Source of the DNA: Bacilli bacterium
GTDB lineage: Bacteria > Bacillota_I > Bacilli_A > RF39 > UBA660
NCBI GenBank assembly: GCA_900768345.1
Contig: CAAGCO010000007.1
Span: forward strand, 64,953-128,952
Direction of reading: 5' to 3'
Length of the DNA: 64,000 bases
The notes beneath the pieces are model-generated. The model was not told the DNA's origin. It did not search any database and was given only the letters and a program-made list of their open reading frames with translations. The translations under genes were made by a program, and so were the position numbers. Shown piece by piece: positions 1-9,153 of this stretch (its first letter is position 1; each line of letters begins with the position of its first letter).

Positions 1-1
1 A

Positions 2-775
2 AACACTGTTACTATTTTTGCCGTTGTAGTTTGTTTAATAATAATTTATTTTGCATATTCATATAGAATTAAGAAAGCAACAGAGCCAACTATGGTTCCT
101 TATGCGACTCGTAATTTAGAGCCTAGAACTCTTATAACAGCTGATATGGTTGGTACTAGAAAAGTGCCAGGAAGTATCGTTACAGCTAACGTTATTACAG
201 AGAGTGGTTTGATAGTTGGAAAATATGTAAGTAATGAAGTTGAAATACCAATTAATAGTTTATTTTATGCAAATACATTATTAACTTGGGAAGAATTACC
301 TAGTAGTATATATGGTAATATTCCTGAAGGAAATACAATTGTTGCTTTGCCAGTTTCATTAGAATCAACTTATGGAAACTCAATATTCCCAGGTAATTAC
401 ATTGATTTATATTATTCTGGTACTGATTACGATGGTAAAATACTTGTTGGTAAATTTATTGAAAGTATTAGAGTTATGACTGTTACTGATTCAAGTTTCA
501 ATAATATATTTGAAAAAACTTCAAGTATGTCTCAACCTTATTATTTAATATTTAATGTTCCTGAAGATATGCACTTACTTTTAAGAAAAACATTATATGT
601 TGGAGGTACATTATTCCCAGTACCTAGAAATGCTAAATATTCTGAAAATCCTAAAGAAACTCGTATTGTTAGTTCTTATATTCAAAATTTAATATTATCT
701 AAGACAGTTGATGTAAAAGAAGAGGATTTGAAAAATATAAATGTAAATGGAGGAGGTAACTCTGATGCAAACTAA
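2..775 (+). CDS. CpaB/RcpC-like Flp pilus assembly protein; the 5' end is outside the window
   Basis: The reading frame is open from nt 2 and encodes an N-terminal TM helix (TVTIFAVVVCLIIIYFAY). An SAF-like segment (VPYATRNLEPRTLITADMVG...GKYV) follows. It is paralogous to the next ORF and sits immediately upstream of the TadA ATPase. Confidence 0.55.
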   Translation, partial: NTVTIFAVVVCLIIIYFAYSYRIKKATEPTMVPYATRNLEPRTLITADMVGTRKVPGSIVTANVITESGLIVGKYVSNEVEIPINSLFYANTLLTWEELPSSIYGNIPEGNTIVALPVSLESTYGNSIFPGNYIDLYYSGTDYDGKILVGKFIESIRVMTVTDSSFNNIFEKTSSMSQPYYLIFNVPEDMHLLLRKTLYVGGTLFPVPRNAKYSENPKETRIVSSYIQNLILSKTVDVKEEDLKNINVNGGGNSDAN

Positions 776-1610
776 AACTAATCCATTAAAAAAACTTTTA
801 GGTAATAAAGGTGTTGTTACTATTGTAGCTTGTGCTTTATGTCTTATTATTTTATTCTTTGCATATAGATATAGAGTAGATAAAGCTATTAATGCTATTA
901 GTGTTCCATATGCTTTAAGAGATATAAAAGCTAGATCAGAAATTTCTAAAGATGATGTAGGTGTTGTTAAAGTTGCATCATCTATGGTTACTGATAACGT
1001 TATTAGAAGTGAGAATAACGTTATAGGAAAATATGCTAATTATAATACTTTTATTCCTGCAGGTAGTTTATTCTATACTTCTTCAGTTGTAACATGGGAT
1101 ACAATGCCTGATTCAGCTTGGAGTAATATTCCTGAAGGATATACAATTGTTTCATTCCCAGTTAGTGAACAAACTACTTATGGAAATTCAATATTTCCTG
1201 GAGATAAAATAGACATATATTATTCTTCATATGATAGTGGAAAACTTGTTTATGGTAAGTTAATCGAAGGTATTGAAATTCTTGCAGTTAAAGATAGTCA
1301 AGGAAATCATATATTCAAGAAAAGTGCTTCTCAAACTAATGCTGCAGCATTGATATTTGCTGTTCCTGAAGAGCTTCATTTATTATTTAGAAAAGCTTAT
1401 GCTACATCTGGTGCTCAGAGTTTAATACCAATTCCAAGAAATGCAAACTATAATCCAACAACAACTATTAGTAGTGATTATCTAAAGAGTTTAATACTTG
1501 CAAATACTAGAAATGTACCTCTAGATTATATTGATGAACCTACTGATGATGATAATACAAATAATGATAATAACGATAATGGTAATAACAATATAGATGT
1601 TACAGAATAG
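765..1610 (+). CDS. CpaB/RcpC-like Flp pilus assembly protein, second paralog, with an Asn/Asp-rich C-terminal tail
   Basis: A GGAGGAGG Shine-Dalgarno sits in front of the ATG at 765. The protein has one TM helix and an SAF-like segment with the same block order as the first ORF (IPxGSLFY...NIPEGYTIV...YGNSIFPG). The tail reads DDDNTNNDNNDNGNNN. Confidence 0.55.
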   Translation: MQTKTNPLKKLLGNKGVVTIVACALCLIILFFAYRYRVDKAINAISVPYALRDIKARSEISKDDVGVVKVASSMVTDNVIRSENNVIGKYANYNTFIPAGSLFYTSSVVTWDTMPDSAWSNIPEGYTIVSFPVSEQTTYGNSIFPGDKIDIYYSSYDSGKLVYGKLIEGIEILAVKDSQGNHIFKKSASQTNAAALIFAVPEELHLLFRKAYATSGAQSLIPIPRNANYNPTTTISSDYLKSLILANTRNVPLDYIDEPTDDDNTNNDNNDNGNNNIDVTE

Positions 1611-1637
1611 AAAAAGAAGAAAGAAGGGAAAAGATTA

Positions 1638-2894
1638 ATGGAGGATGCTGTATTTTCGCAAATTGATTTCGGGTTATTAATGCCTCTGCTAGACGATGAT
1701 GATGTAACCGATATATCATATTCTAATAATGGTCAATTATGGATTAAAACATTGTCTCAAGGTGTAAAACCAGCTCATATTGACGGACTTAATAATGAAG
1801 TAATGGAAAAATTAGCATTTCAATGTTCAAATGTTATGGGTAAAACATTTAATATGGCTCATCCATTACTTGATGCTGAAAGCGCTGAGTTACGTCTTAA
1901 CTTTGTACATGAATCTATTGCTACTAATGGAATAGCTGTACTAATAAGAAAAACTCCAGCAAAGATAAGATTAAATAAAGATAAATTAGTTAAAGAAGAT
2001 TATGTATCATTAAAACTTCATGATTTTTTAATGACTTGTGTTAGTGGTCACTGCAACATACTTGTAAGTGGAGAAACTGGTTCAGGTAAAACAGAGTTAG
2101 TTAAGTATTTAGCAAGCCATATTAAGGAAGATGAAAAGATAATAACTATAGAGGATACACTAGAACTTCACTTAGATAAAATTTATCCAACTCGTGATAT
2201 AGTTGCGATGAAGACAAATAATATAGCTTCGTATTCAGATGTTTTGGTAGCTTGTATGCGTCAGAACCCAAGATGGATTTTACTATCAGAGGTTCGTTCT
2301 GCTGAAGCTGTTCTTGCCGTTCGTAACTCAATTTCTTCAGGACACAATATTTTATCAACAATACACTCTGATAAAGCTTCAAGCATTCCGATGCGTCTTT
2401 ATTCGCTACTTGAAAGTAGTCAAGATATTGACCAATTTGTCAAAGGTATGCATAGATATATTCAACTTGGTATACATGTTAAAGGTTTCTTTTCAAAGAA
2501 ATATAATAGATTTCAAAGAGAGATTACTCAGGTTGTTGAGTTTTATGTTGATGATGATACTAATGAGGCAAAAATAAATGTATTATACGCTCGTGATTTG
2601 ATGGAAAATGAAGTATATAATAATCCAACTTCTCACTTGATAGATTATTTAGCATCTCAAGGAGTTATGATGCAAGATGATCCATTTATTCCTAAGGAAA
2701 GTGAACTTCAAGATGCAACTAATTCTGATGGACAAGAAACTGAAGGCAATTTACAAAGTGAAGTACCTGTTCAAGAAGAAGTTAATAATCAAACTACTGA
2801 ACAAGTTACGCAAGAAGTAGTTAATACTGCTGATAATCAGGTGACAACAAATCAAGTACCAGCAACACAAAATATAGAAATGATAGAAATTTAA
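1638..2894 (+). CDS. tadA: TadA/CpaF-family secretion ATPase (VirB11-like) with a Gln/Glu/Thr-rich C-terminal extension
   Basis: Walker A is GETGSGKTELVKYL and Walker B is KIITIEDTLEL. The gene sits between the CpaB-like and TadB/C-like genes. About 80 C-terminal residues are low-complexity (QETEGNLQSEVPVQEEVNNQTTEQVTQ). Confidence 0.8.
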   Translation: MEDAVFSQIDFGLLMPLLDDDDVTDISYSNNGQLWIKTLSQGVKPAHIDGLNNEVMEKLAFQCSNVMGKTFNMAHPLLDAESAELRLNFVHESIATNGIAVLIRKTPAKIRLNKDKLVKEDYVSLKLHDFLMTCVSGHCNILVSGETGSGKTELVKYLASHIKEDEKIITIEDTLELHLDKIYPTRDIVAMKTNNIASYSDVLVACMRQNPRWILLSEVRSAEAVLAVRNSISSGHNILSTIHSDKASSIPMRLYSLLESSQDIDQFVKGMHRYIQLGIHVKGFFSKKYNRFQREITQVVEFYVDDDTNEAKINVLYARDLMENEVYNNPTSHLIDYLASQGVMMQDDPFIPKESELQDATNSDGQETEGNLQSEVPVQEEVNNQTTEQVTQEVVNTADNQVTTNQVPATQNIEMIEI

Positions 2895-2907
2895 TAAGGA
2901 GGTATAT

Positions 2908-3807
2908 ATGTATATTGAAATATTAGTTATTGCTATAATAATTGCTTTCGTAATTTTATATCGTAAAAATACAGGCGATAACTCTTATAAGTTTATTACT
3001 AAAACAGTAGGAAATACATATGAAAAATATGCTCCTTACTCATTTAAAGTTGTACGTGAGAAAGCAAAAGAGTTAGGTCAAGAATATACAACTCGTCAAT
3101 ATGTTATTCAAATTGCTATATTTGGTATTGGAGCTGCATTCGTAGCATATTTATATTTTTATAGTATTATTTGGAGTATAGTTTATGCTTGTCTTGCTAT
3201 TATTGCAATTCCATATTTAACATATATGAGATGTAAGAAAGCATATAGTGAGTTTATTTTCGAGCAAATTCAAGTTTATACTACAAACGTTATTATGGAG
3301 TTTAATACAACTCAATCATTCGTAAAAGCTTTAGAAGGAGTTAGAGATTCACAAGTTCTTGAAGAACCTTTATTGGGTGATGTTAAAGAAATGATTCAAA
3401 TGTCTTATGAAAATGGTACTATTGATGAAGCTATAAGATTTATGAATGAAAAGTATGATTATTATGTTATTAAGAATATGCATCAATTATTCTTACAAAT
3501 AACTAAAGAAGGTTCTAAGGATTCTGGTGAAGCTCTTGAAGGTATGCTTCAAGATATAGATATGCTTGTTGAAAGTGTATATCGTGATAGAATTGATAGA
3601 ACAACATTCTATAAACAATTCTGTACTTTCGGTGTTGCGCTTTACTTACTTGTATTATTAGTGCAATTATTACTTGGTAATAATAGTTATTTACAACTAA
3701 TTGAACAATGGTATGTATTGATATTACTTCATGGTGTAATATTAATTAATACATATTTCTTACTATCAGGTATTAAATATTACCATGAGGATGTAGGTGC
3801 TGAATAA
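2908..3807 (+). CDS. TadB-like T2SS-F-domain inner-membrane platform protein
   Basis: A polytopic membrane protein of about 300 aa directly downstream of tadA; the position and size fit TadB. Confidence 0.55.
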   Translation: MYIEILVIAIIIAFVILYRKNTGDNSYKFITKTVGNTYEKYAPYSFKVVREKAKELGQEYTTRQYVIQIAIFGIGAAFVAYLYFYSIIWSIVYACLAIIAIPYLTYMRCKKAYSEFIFEQIQVYTTNVIMEFNTTQSFVKALEGVRDSQVLEEPLLGDVKEMIQMSYENGTIDEAIRFMNEKYDYYVIKNMHQLFLQITKEGSKDSGEALEGMLQDIDMLVESVYRDRIDRTTFYKQFCTFGVALYLLVLLVQLLLGNNSYLQLIEQWYVLILLHGVILINTYFLLSGIKYYHEDVGAE

Positions 3808-4604
3808 TGGAAATATTTATAGTAGGTGTTATAGTAATATTATTATTTAATTATCTAGGAACTTTTAACTTTAATAAATTCGTAGATGATAATAAAGTAT
3901 TATTTTCAAAATTAAAAGAAGATGATTACGACTTTCTTCTTGTATCAAGATATGGTGAGAAAGTTGATGTTAATCAAATGTATCAAAAAAGAGTTAAGAC
4001 TGCGATTATTACATTTTTACTAGGTCTTATACTTGCAATTACTAGTATTCAAAGTTTAAATTTTGCGATTAAACTAGTACTTGTATTTATTGCATCTTAT
4101 TTGATGTTTAAGAGTGACTATAATAAAGTTAAAAACTTTTATAAAGTTCACTTACATGATATAAATTTAAAATTGCCATATTATTTAAAAAGTTTAGAAA
4201 TCTTAATTCAACACTATACTGTTCCTGTTGCTATTACACGTAGTTTAGAAACAGCTCCAGAAATGTTTAAACCTGGACTTCGTGATTTAATAGCATCAAT
4301 AGATGCAGGTGATTCTACAATAGAGCCTTATATGGCATTTGCTCGTAGATATCCTGTACGTGATAGTATGCGTATGATGAGACTTCTATATAGACTTAGT
4401 TTAGGTAGTCAAGACAGAAAACAAGAACAATTAATAGTTTTCTCAAGAACTATTTCTAATCTTCAAAATAAATCAAGAGAAACTAAGTATAAAGAACGTT
4501 TAGAAAAGATGGAAAAGAAAACTATGACAATGCTTACGTCAACTGGAGCAGGTGTTATGGTTATTCTAGTTCTTGCTATCTTCCAAATGTTTGTATCTGC
4601 CTAA
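3807..4604 (+). CDS. TadC-like T2SS-F-domain inner-membrane platform protein
   Basis: A second polytopic membrane protein of 265 aa, translationally coupled to the preceding gene by an ATGA overlap. Confidence 0.55.
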   Translation: MEIFIVGVIVILLFNYLGTFNFNKFVDDNKVLFSKLKEDDYDFLLVSRYGEKVDVNQMYQKRVKTAIITFLLGLILAITSIQSLNFAIKLVLVFIASYLMFKSDYNKVKNFYKVHLHDINLKLPYYLKSLEILIQHYTVPVAITRSLETAPEMFKPGLRDLIASIDAGDSTIEPYMAFARRYPVRDSMRMMRLLYRLSLGSQDRKQEQLIVFSRTISNLQNKSRETKYKERLEKMEKKTMTMLTSTGAGVMVILVLAIFQMFVSA

Positions 4605-4616
4605 TGTAAATATATA

Positions 4617-4645
4617 TTGATTTTAAATTTTCAATATTGTATAAT
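4617..4645 (+). promoter_or_regulatory. Sigma-A-type promoter of the pilin gene (TTGATT, 17 nt, TATAAT)
   Basis: The -35 TTGATT lies at 4617-4622, followed by a 17-nt spacer and the -10 TATAAT at 4640-4645 with a TG just upstream. A strong AAAGGAGGAAA Shine-Dalgarno follows. Confidence 0.5.
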
Positions 4646-4676
4646 TATTTTAGAAAGTAAAGGAGGAAATTAATAA

Positions 4677-4988
4677 ATGAAAGAAGCTACTGGTGAATTA
4701 AATATGACAGTAATCACAATCATTGCTATTGCTGCTGTAGGTGCTTTATTTTATATATTTGTTTGGCCAATGATTCAAAAATCTATTGTTACTCAAACAT
4801 GTAAAACTTATGGTAACGATTGGCAAGCTTGGGCTACTAACGATTCTTCTGTTAATGGTCAATCTGCAAATACTGGTTCAAATGCTACAGTAAAAGTGTG
4901 GGTATGTTGTCCTGCTTCTGTTACTGCTGCTCCAGCTTCAAAAGATGCTGGTAGAACTGCTGGTTGTGTAGACGCTAATTATGATTAA
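4677..4988 (+). CDS. Candidate Flp/Tad-type pilin with a class-III-like signal peptide
   Basis: The 103-aa protein begins MKEATG|ELNMTVITIIAIAAVGAL, a short charged leader followed by a hydrophobic helix. It has its own strong promoter and Shine-Dalgarno and lies inside the tad-like operon. Its C-terminal region is Cys-rich. Confidence 0.5.
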   Translation: MKEATGELNMTVITIIAIAAVGALFYIFVWPMIQKSIVTQTCKTYGNDWQAWATNDSSVNGQSANTGSNATVKVWVCCPASVTAAPASKDAGRTAGCVDANYD

Positions 4989-5080
4989 TATAAAAAAGAA
5001 TGCTATAGGTGTCGTTGCTTATTGATGTCAATGGCATTTATAGTATTTTTTTAGTTTGAAAAGTGTAAAGGAAGTGTGAT

Positions 5081-5584
5081 ATGAAAGAAGCGATGGGTGG
5101 CACTTGGCTAACTGGTTTAGTTATAGTATTTATATTCTTATTTGCAGGTTTTCTTGCTTATTCTATAAGTTATACTAAAGCTTTTAGAGTTAAGAACGAG
5201 ATATTAAACTTAATTGAAAGAAATGAAGGCTTTACAAATTCTGCTAATGACTTAAATAATATTACTGATGATGCTTTAAAAAATGATTCTTCTGTTGAAG
5301 GAAAAGCTTTTGCTTATATTAAGTCTATGGGTTATAATTATTCAGTATTTGATGGAACTAATGATCCTTGTGCTAGCAATAATATTGGTGAAAAACAAAA
5401 GGGTGGTTATTGTTTAATTAAATATTGTCCTAAAGCTGGTGAAAGTGAAAAAGTATATTATAAAGTTACTACCTTTATTGCTCTTTCAATACCAATTATA
5501 AATGTTACTGTTAAGTTACCAATTTCAGGAGAAACAAAAGCGTTATATTATGACGTAAGTACATTTAAATGTACTAATGGTTAA
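5081..5584 (+). CDS. TadE-like minor pilin / pseudopilin
   Basis: It starts with the same MKEAMGG motif followed by a hydrophobic helix, like the pilin, and is 167 aa long, downstream of the pilin gene. Confidence 0.45.
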   Translation: MKEAMGGTWLTGLVIVFIFLFAGFLAYSISYTKAFRVKNEILNLIERNEGFTNSANDLNNITDDALKNDSSVEGKAFAYIKSMGYNYSVFDGTNDPCASNNIGEKQKGGYCLIKYCPKAGESEKVYYKVTTFIALSIPIINVTVKLPISGETKALYYDVSTFKCTNG

Positions 5585-5603
5585 TAGGGGAGATGATTTA
5601 TAA

Positions 5604-6551
5604 ATGAACGTAATGGTTTACAACAAGTATAAAGAACTTTTGATGGGTTTAAATATAGAAGTTATGAAATCCATGGAAGGTGTATTTAATGTAGATGAGA
5701 TAATAGATACTTTTACTAATTTCTATTATGATAAAATGATTTTAGATATTACTGCTATACGTGATTATCAAAATACTGATAACTTGCAAAAATTAGCAAT
5801 GAATATAAATATGGAGAATGTAATTTTACTACTTGATGATAGTCCGGAAAGTGATTCTAAGACTTATCTATCAAAATTAATATCTCTTGGTATTTATAAT
5901 TTTACACGTAACGCTGAAGGAATTAATTATTTATTAGTTCATCCTCATACATATAGAGATGTTGTTAATATTCATAATTTACAAGATATAGATCCAGCTA
6001 CTACTGAAGGAGATGCTAGCCTTGAAGGCGTAGGAACTTCTGGTGGTAAAATGAAAATCATAGGATTTAAGAATATGACTCAACATGCTGGAGCAACAAC
6101 TTTAATTTATATGATACGTAAGATGTTATCTCAAGTTAGAAGTGTTGCTGCTATAGAAGTAAATAAAGTAGATTTCTTATATTTTAATGATAAAGATTTG
6201 GTAAGTACTATTTCAACTGATTTACCAAAAGAACTTATGAAAAAACAAATGTGTGACGTAGTTTTAGTTGATTTAAATGATTATGATGATGTTTCAATTT
6301 GTAGTCAAGTATATTATTTAATTGAACCATCTACTATTATGATTAATAAAATGCTAAGAAAGAATAGAGCTGCATTAGAAACTTTAAAAAATGAAAAAGT
6401 TGTCTTAAATAAATGTGTTCTTAATTCAGAAGATGTTGCTACATTTGAATATGAAACTAAATTAAAAGTATTTGCTGCTATACCACCTTGTGATGATAGA
6501 CAAGAAAATATAGAGCCTGTTAAAAACTTTATTAGCAAAATGGGTATTTAA
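5604..6551 (+). CDS. TadZ/CpaE-like protein: receiver-like N-domain plus a MinD/ParA-like domain with a degenerate Walker A
   Basis: The domain layout and position fit TadZ. The P-loop region reads SGGKMKIIGFKNMTQHAGATT instead of GxxGxGK[ST]. Confidence 0.4.
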   Translation: MNVMVYNKYKELLMGLNIEVMKSMEGVFNVDEIIDTFTNFYYDKMILDITAIRDYQNTDNLQKLAMNINMENVILLLDDSPESDSKTYLSKLISLGIYNFTRNAEGINYLLVHPHTYRDVVNIHNLQDIDPATTEGDASLEGVGTSGGKMKIIGFKNMTQHAGATTLIYMIRKMLSQVRSVAAIEVNKVDFLYFNDKDLVSTISTDLPKELMKKQMCDVVLVDLNDYDDVSICSQVYYLIEPSTIMINKMLRKNRAALETLKNEKVVLNKCVLNSEDVATFEYETKLKVFAAIPPCDDRQENIEPVKNFISKMGI

Positions 6552-6629
6552 TTATTAAATCTATTTTAGTATAGTTGACAAATTTGTTAAAATTATATAA
6601 AATTTTATATAGAGAAGGAGATTTTAAGT

Positions 6630-6989
6630 ATGTTAAACTTAGTTAATATGTTAGACACTATTACTGACCCTAGTGATTTATGTAATGAGTTATCACCAGT
6701 GCTAAGATTAGTTGGTATTGCTGTTTTTATTATCAAAGTTGTTGTTCCTATTATTTTAATCATAGTAGGTATGTTAGATATGGCTAAAGCAGTAACTGAA
6801 AAAGATGAAAATAAAATCAAGGATGCTCAACATAAGTTAATTAAAAAAGCTATCGCTGCTGTATTAGTTTTCTTAATCGTAACAATAGTAGGTGTTCTTA
6901 TGAGATTAATAGGTGCTGATGATTACAAAGGATGTATGACTTGTATTAATAGTCCATTCTCAGCAGAATGTAAAGTAACTAACGAATAG
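6630..6989 (+). CDS. Small two-TM membrane protein (VirB2/TrbC-like topology) with a Cys-rich C-terminus
   Basis: The 119-aa protein has two hydrophobic helices. It has its own promoter (TTGACA at 6575-6580), a GAAGGAG Shine-Dalgarno and a terminator at 7001-7022. Confidence 0.4.
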   Translation: MLNLVNMLDTITDPSDLCNELSPVLRLVGIAVFIIKVVVPIILIIVGMLDMAKAVTEKDENKIKDAQHKLIKKAIAAVLVFLIVTIVGVLMRLIGADDYKGCMTCINSPFSAECKVTNE

Positions 6990-7074
6990 TTATGAAAGTA
7001 AAGGACTTATGTCCTTTTTTCTTTGCATTGAAAAAATATAATATTAATGCTATAATTAGTTCGAGGGAATTAGT

Positions 7075-9153
7075 ATGAAAAGGATTAAAAAGATTGATTT
7101 AAAAAATATTAAAAATTTTGATATTAAAAAATTTGGAAAGAATATATTAAAGAGTATTAAAAAATATGCTTCTACGAACATATTATTTTTATCTTATGTG
7201 ATTATATCATTGTTGATGGGATTCTTATTAAGATTAAGTACTATAGGTACTCCTTTATATTTTAAAGCGTTATTATCTGATTTTATGATGGTGTTATTGA
7301 TAGGTGCTTTTGGTTATTTATTTAAGCCAAAGTATCAATTTACATATTTCTTTATATGGATTATATTTTATTCATTCTTAGCAATAGGAAATACTATTTA
7401 TTATCAATTCTATCAATCATTTTTATCTGTTAATTTGATATCAACTGCATCTATGTTGGGTGCTGTAGATGATTCTTTATATGATAAATTACATATTACT
7501 CAATTCTTGTATATTATATTTCCTATAATATTTGTATTTATTCATAGAAAACTAAGTAAAAGAAATTATTACTTTGAGGTTGAAAAAACTGAAAAAGGTA
7601 AAAAGATGTTTATATATAGTTTAGCAACTTCTGGTGTTATTATTTGTTCTTTATTATTTACTCTTAATGGTACTGATACTAGTAGGCTTATTAAACAATG
7701 GAATAGAGAATGGTTAGTTCGTAAGTTTGGGCTTTATACTTATACTGCGAATGATTTAATTCAAAGTATTCAGCCACATTTAAATACATTATTTGGTTAT
7801 GATGAAGCTGCTCGCAAGTTTAGAAATTTTTATGCTTGTAAGTGGGAAGAAGAAACTAAAACTAATAAATATACTAATATGTTTAAAGGAAAAAATGTTA
7901 TATTTATTCATGCTGAAAGTATTCAAAACTTCTTAATTGGTTTAAAAATCAATGGAAAAGAAGTTACACCAAACTTGAATAAACTTGCTCGTGAAGGAAT
8001 GTATTTTGATAGATTTTATCCTCAAATAAGTATTGGAACAAGTTCTGATACAGAGTTTACTTTAAATACTGGTTTAATGCCTTCATCAAGTGGTACAGTA
8101 TTTGTAAACTATTATAATAGAACTTATTATTCACTTCCTAAATATTTTAATGAAATGGGTTATTATACATTTAGTGCTCATGCTAATAATGCTGATTATT
8201 GGAATCGTAAAACTATGCATAAGACTTTAGGATATCAAGATTTCTATGCTAAAGATTCTTATGTTGTACCAAGTGATACTAATGATCCTAATTGGGTGGG
8301 ATTAGGACTTTCTGATAAATCATTCTTTAATCAATTAATTCCAATATTAAAAAATATTAAAGAAACTAAGAGTCCATTCTATGGAACTGTAATTACACTT
8401 TCAAATCATTCACCATTTAATGATTTGAAAAAATATGATCCTTTTGAAGTAACTATGGATTATACATATACCGATGAAAATGGTAAAAAACAGTCTGGAA
8501 AAGCAAATTATTTAGAAAATACATCTATGGGTAATTATATTAGAAGTGCTCATTATGCTGATGCTGCTTTAGGTGAGTTTATTCAATTATTAAAAGATAA
8601 TGATTTAACTAAAAATACAATAATAATGTTATATGGAGATCATGAAGCAAGACTTGCTAAAAAACAATTTAACTTATTATATAATTATGATCCAGTAACA
8701 AATGATATTAAAGATGAAAATGATCCAACATTTGTGTCAATGGAAAATTATAATTATGACTTACTTAAAAATACTCCTTTAATTATGTGGAGCGCTGAAA
8801 AGAAATATAGAAAAAAGATAAGCTATGCAATGGGTATGTATGATATATTACCAACACTAGCAAATATGTTTGGATTCAAAGATAAATATGGTCTTGGACA
8901 TGATATATTTAGTAATAATGAGAAAATAGTAGTATTCCCTAATGGAAATGTACTTACAGATAAAGTATATTATAGTAACCTAAATGATGAATATGTTACG
9001 TTAAGTGATTCACCAATAGACTCAGATTACATTAGTAGATTAAAAGAATATGCTAATCAAATATTAGATGTTTCAAATGGTATTGTTCTTCATGATTTAA
9101 TTAAGAATGAAGAAAGTAAGATTGGAGCTTGTGAAAATGAGAAGAAAAAGTGA
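7075..9153 (+). CDS. LTA-synthase-family (LtaS) sulfatase-domain protein
   Basis: The 692-aa protein has about five N-terminal TM helices followed by an extracellular alkaline-phosphatase/sulfatase-like domain. Confidence 0.75.
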   Translation: MKRIKKIDLKNIKNFDIKKFGKNILKSIKKYASTNILFLSYVIISLLMGFLLRLSTIGTPLYFKALLSDFMMVLLIGAFGYLFKPKYQFTYFFIWIIFYSFLAIGNTIYYQFYQSFLSVNLISTASMLGAVDDSLYDKLHITQFLYIIFPIIFVFIHRKLSKRNYYFEVEKTEKGKKMFIYSLATSGVIICSLLFTLNGTDTSRLIKQWNREWLVRKFGLYTYTANDLIQSIQPHLNTLFGYDEAARKFRNFYACKWEEETKTNKYTNMFKGKNVIFIHAESIQNFLIGLKINGKEVTPNLNKLAREGMYFDRFYPQISIGTSSDTEFTLNTGLMPSSSGTVFVNYYNRTYYSLPKYFNEMGYYTFSAHANNADYWNRKTMHKTLGYQDFYAKDSYVVPSDTNDPNWVGLGLSDKSFFNQLIPILKNIKETKSPFYGTVITLSNHSPFNDLKKYDPFEVTMDYTYTDENGKKQSGKANYLENTSMGNYIRSAHYADAALGEFIQLLKDNDLTKNTIIMLYGDHEARLAKKQFNLLYNYDPVTNDIKDENDPTFVSMENYNYDLLKNTPLIMWSAEKKYRKKISYAMGMYDILPTLANMFGFKDKYGLGHDIFSNNEKIVVFPNGNVLTDKVYYSNLNDEYVTLSDSPIDSDYISRLKEYANQILDVSNGIVLHDLIKNEESKIGACENEKKK

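Noticed and set aside
4989-5080. A possible terminator between the pilin and tadE-like genes.
   Set aside because: Only a weak, imperfect stem precedes the T-run. At best it is partial attenuation, so it is not called as a feature.
6630-6989. The 119-aa Cys-rich two-TM protein as a bacteriocin or lantibiotic-like precursor.
   Set aside because: It has no double-glycine or other leader, and no adjacent modification, immunity or C39-peptidase transporter genes. It is far longer than typical precursors. A membrane protein is more plausible.
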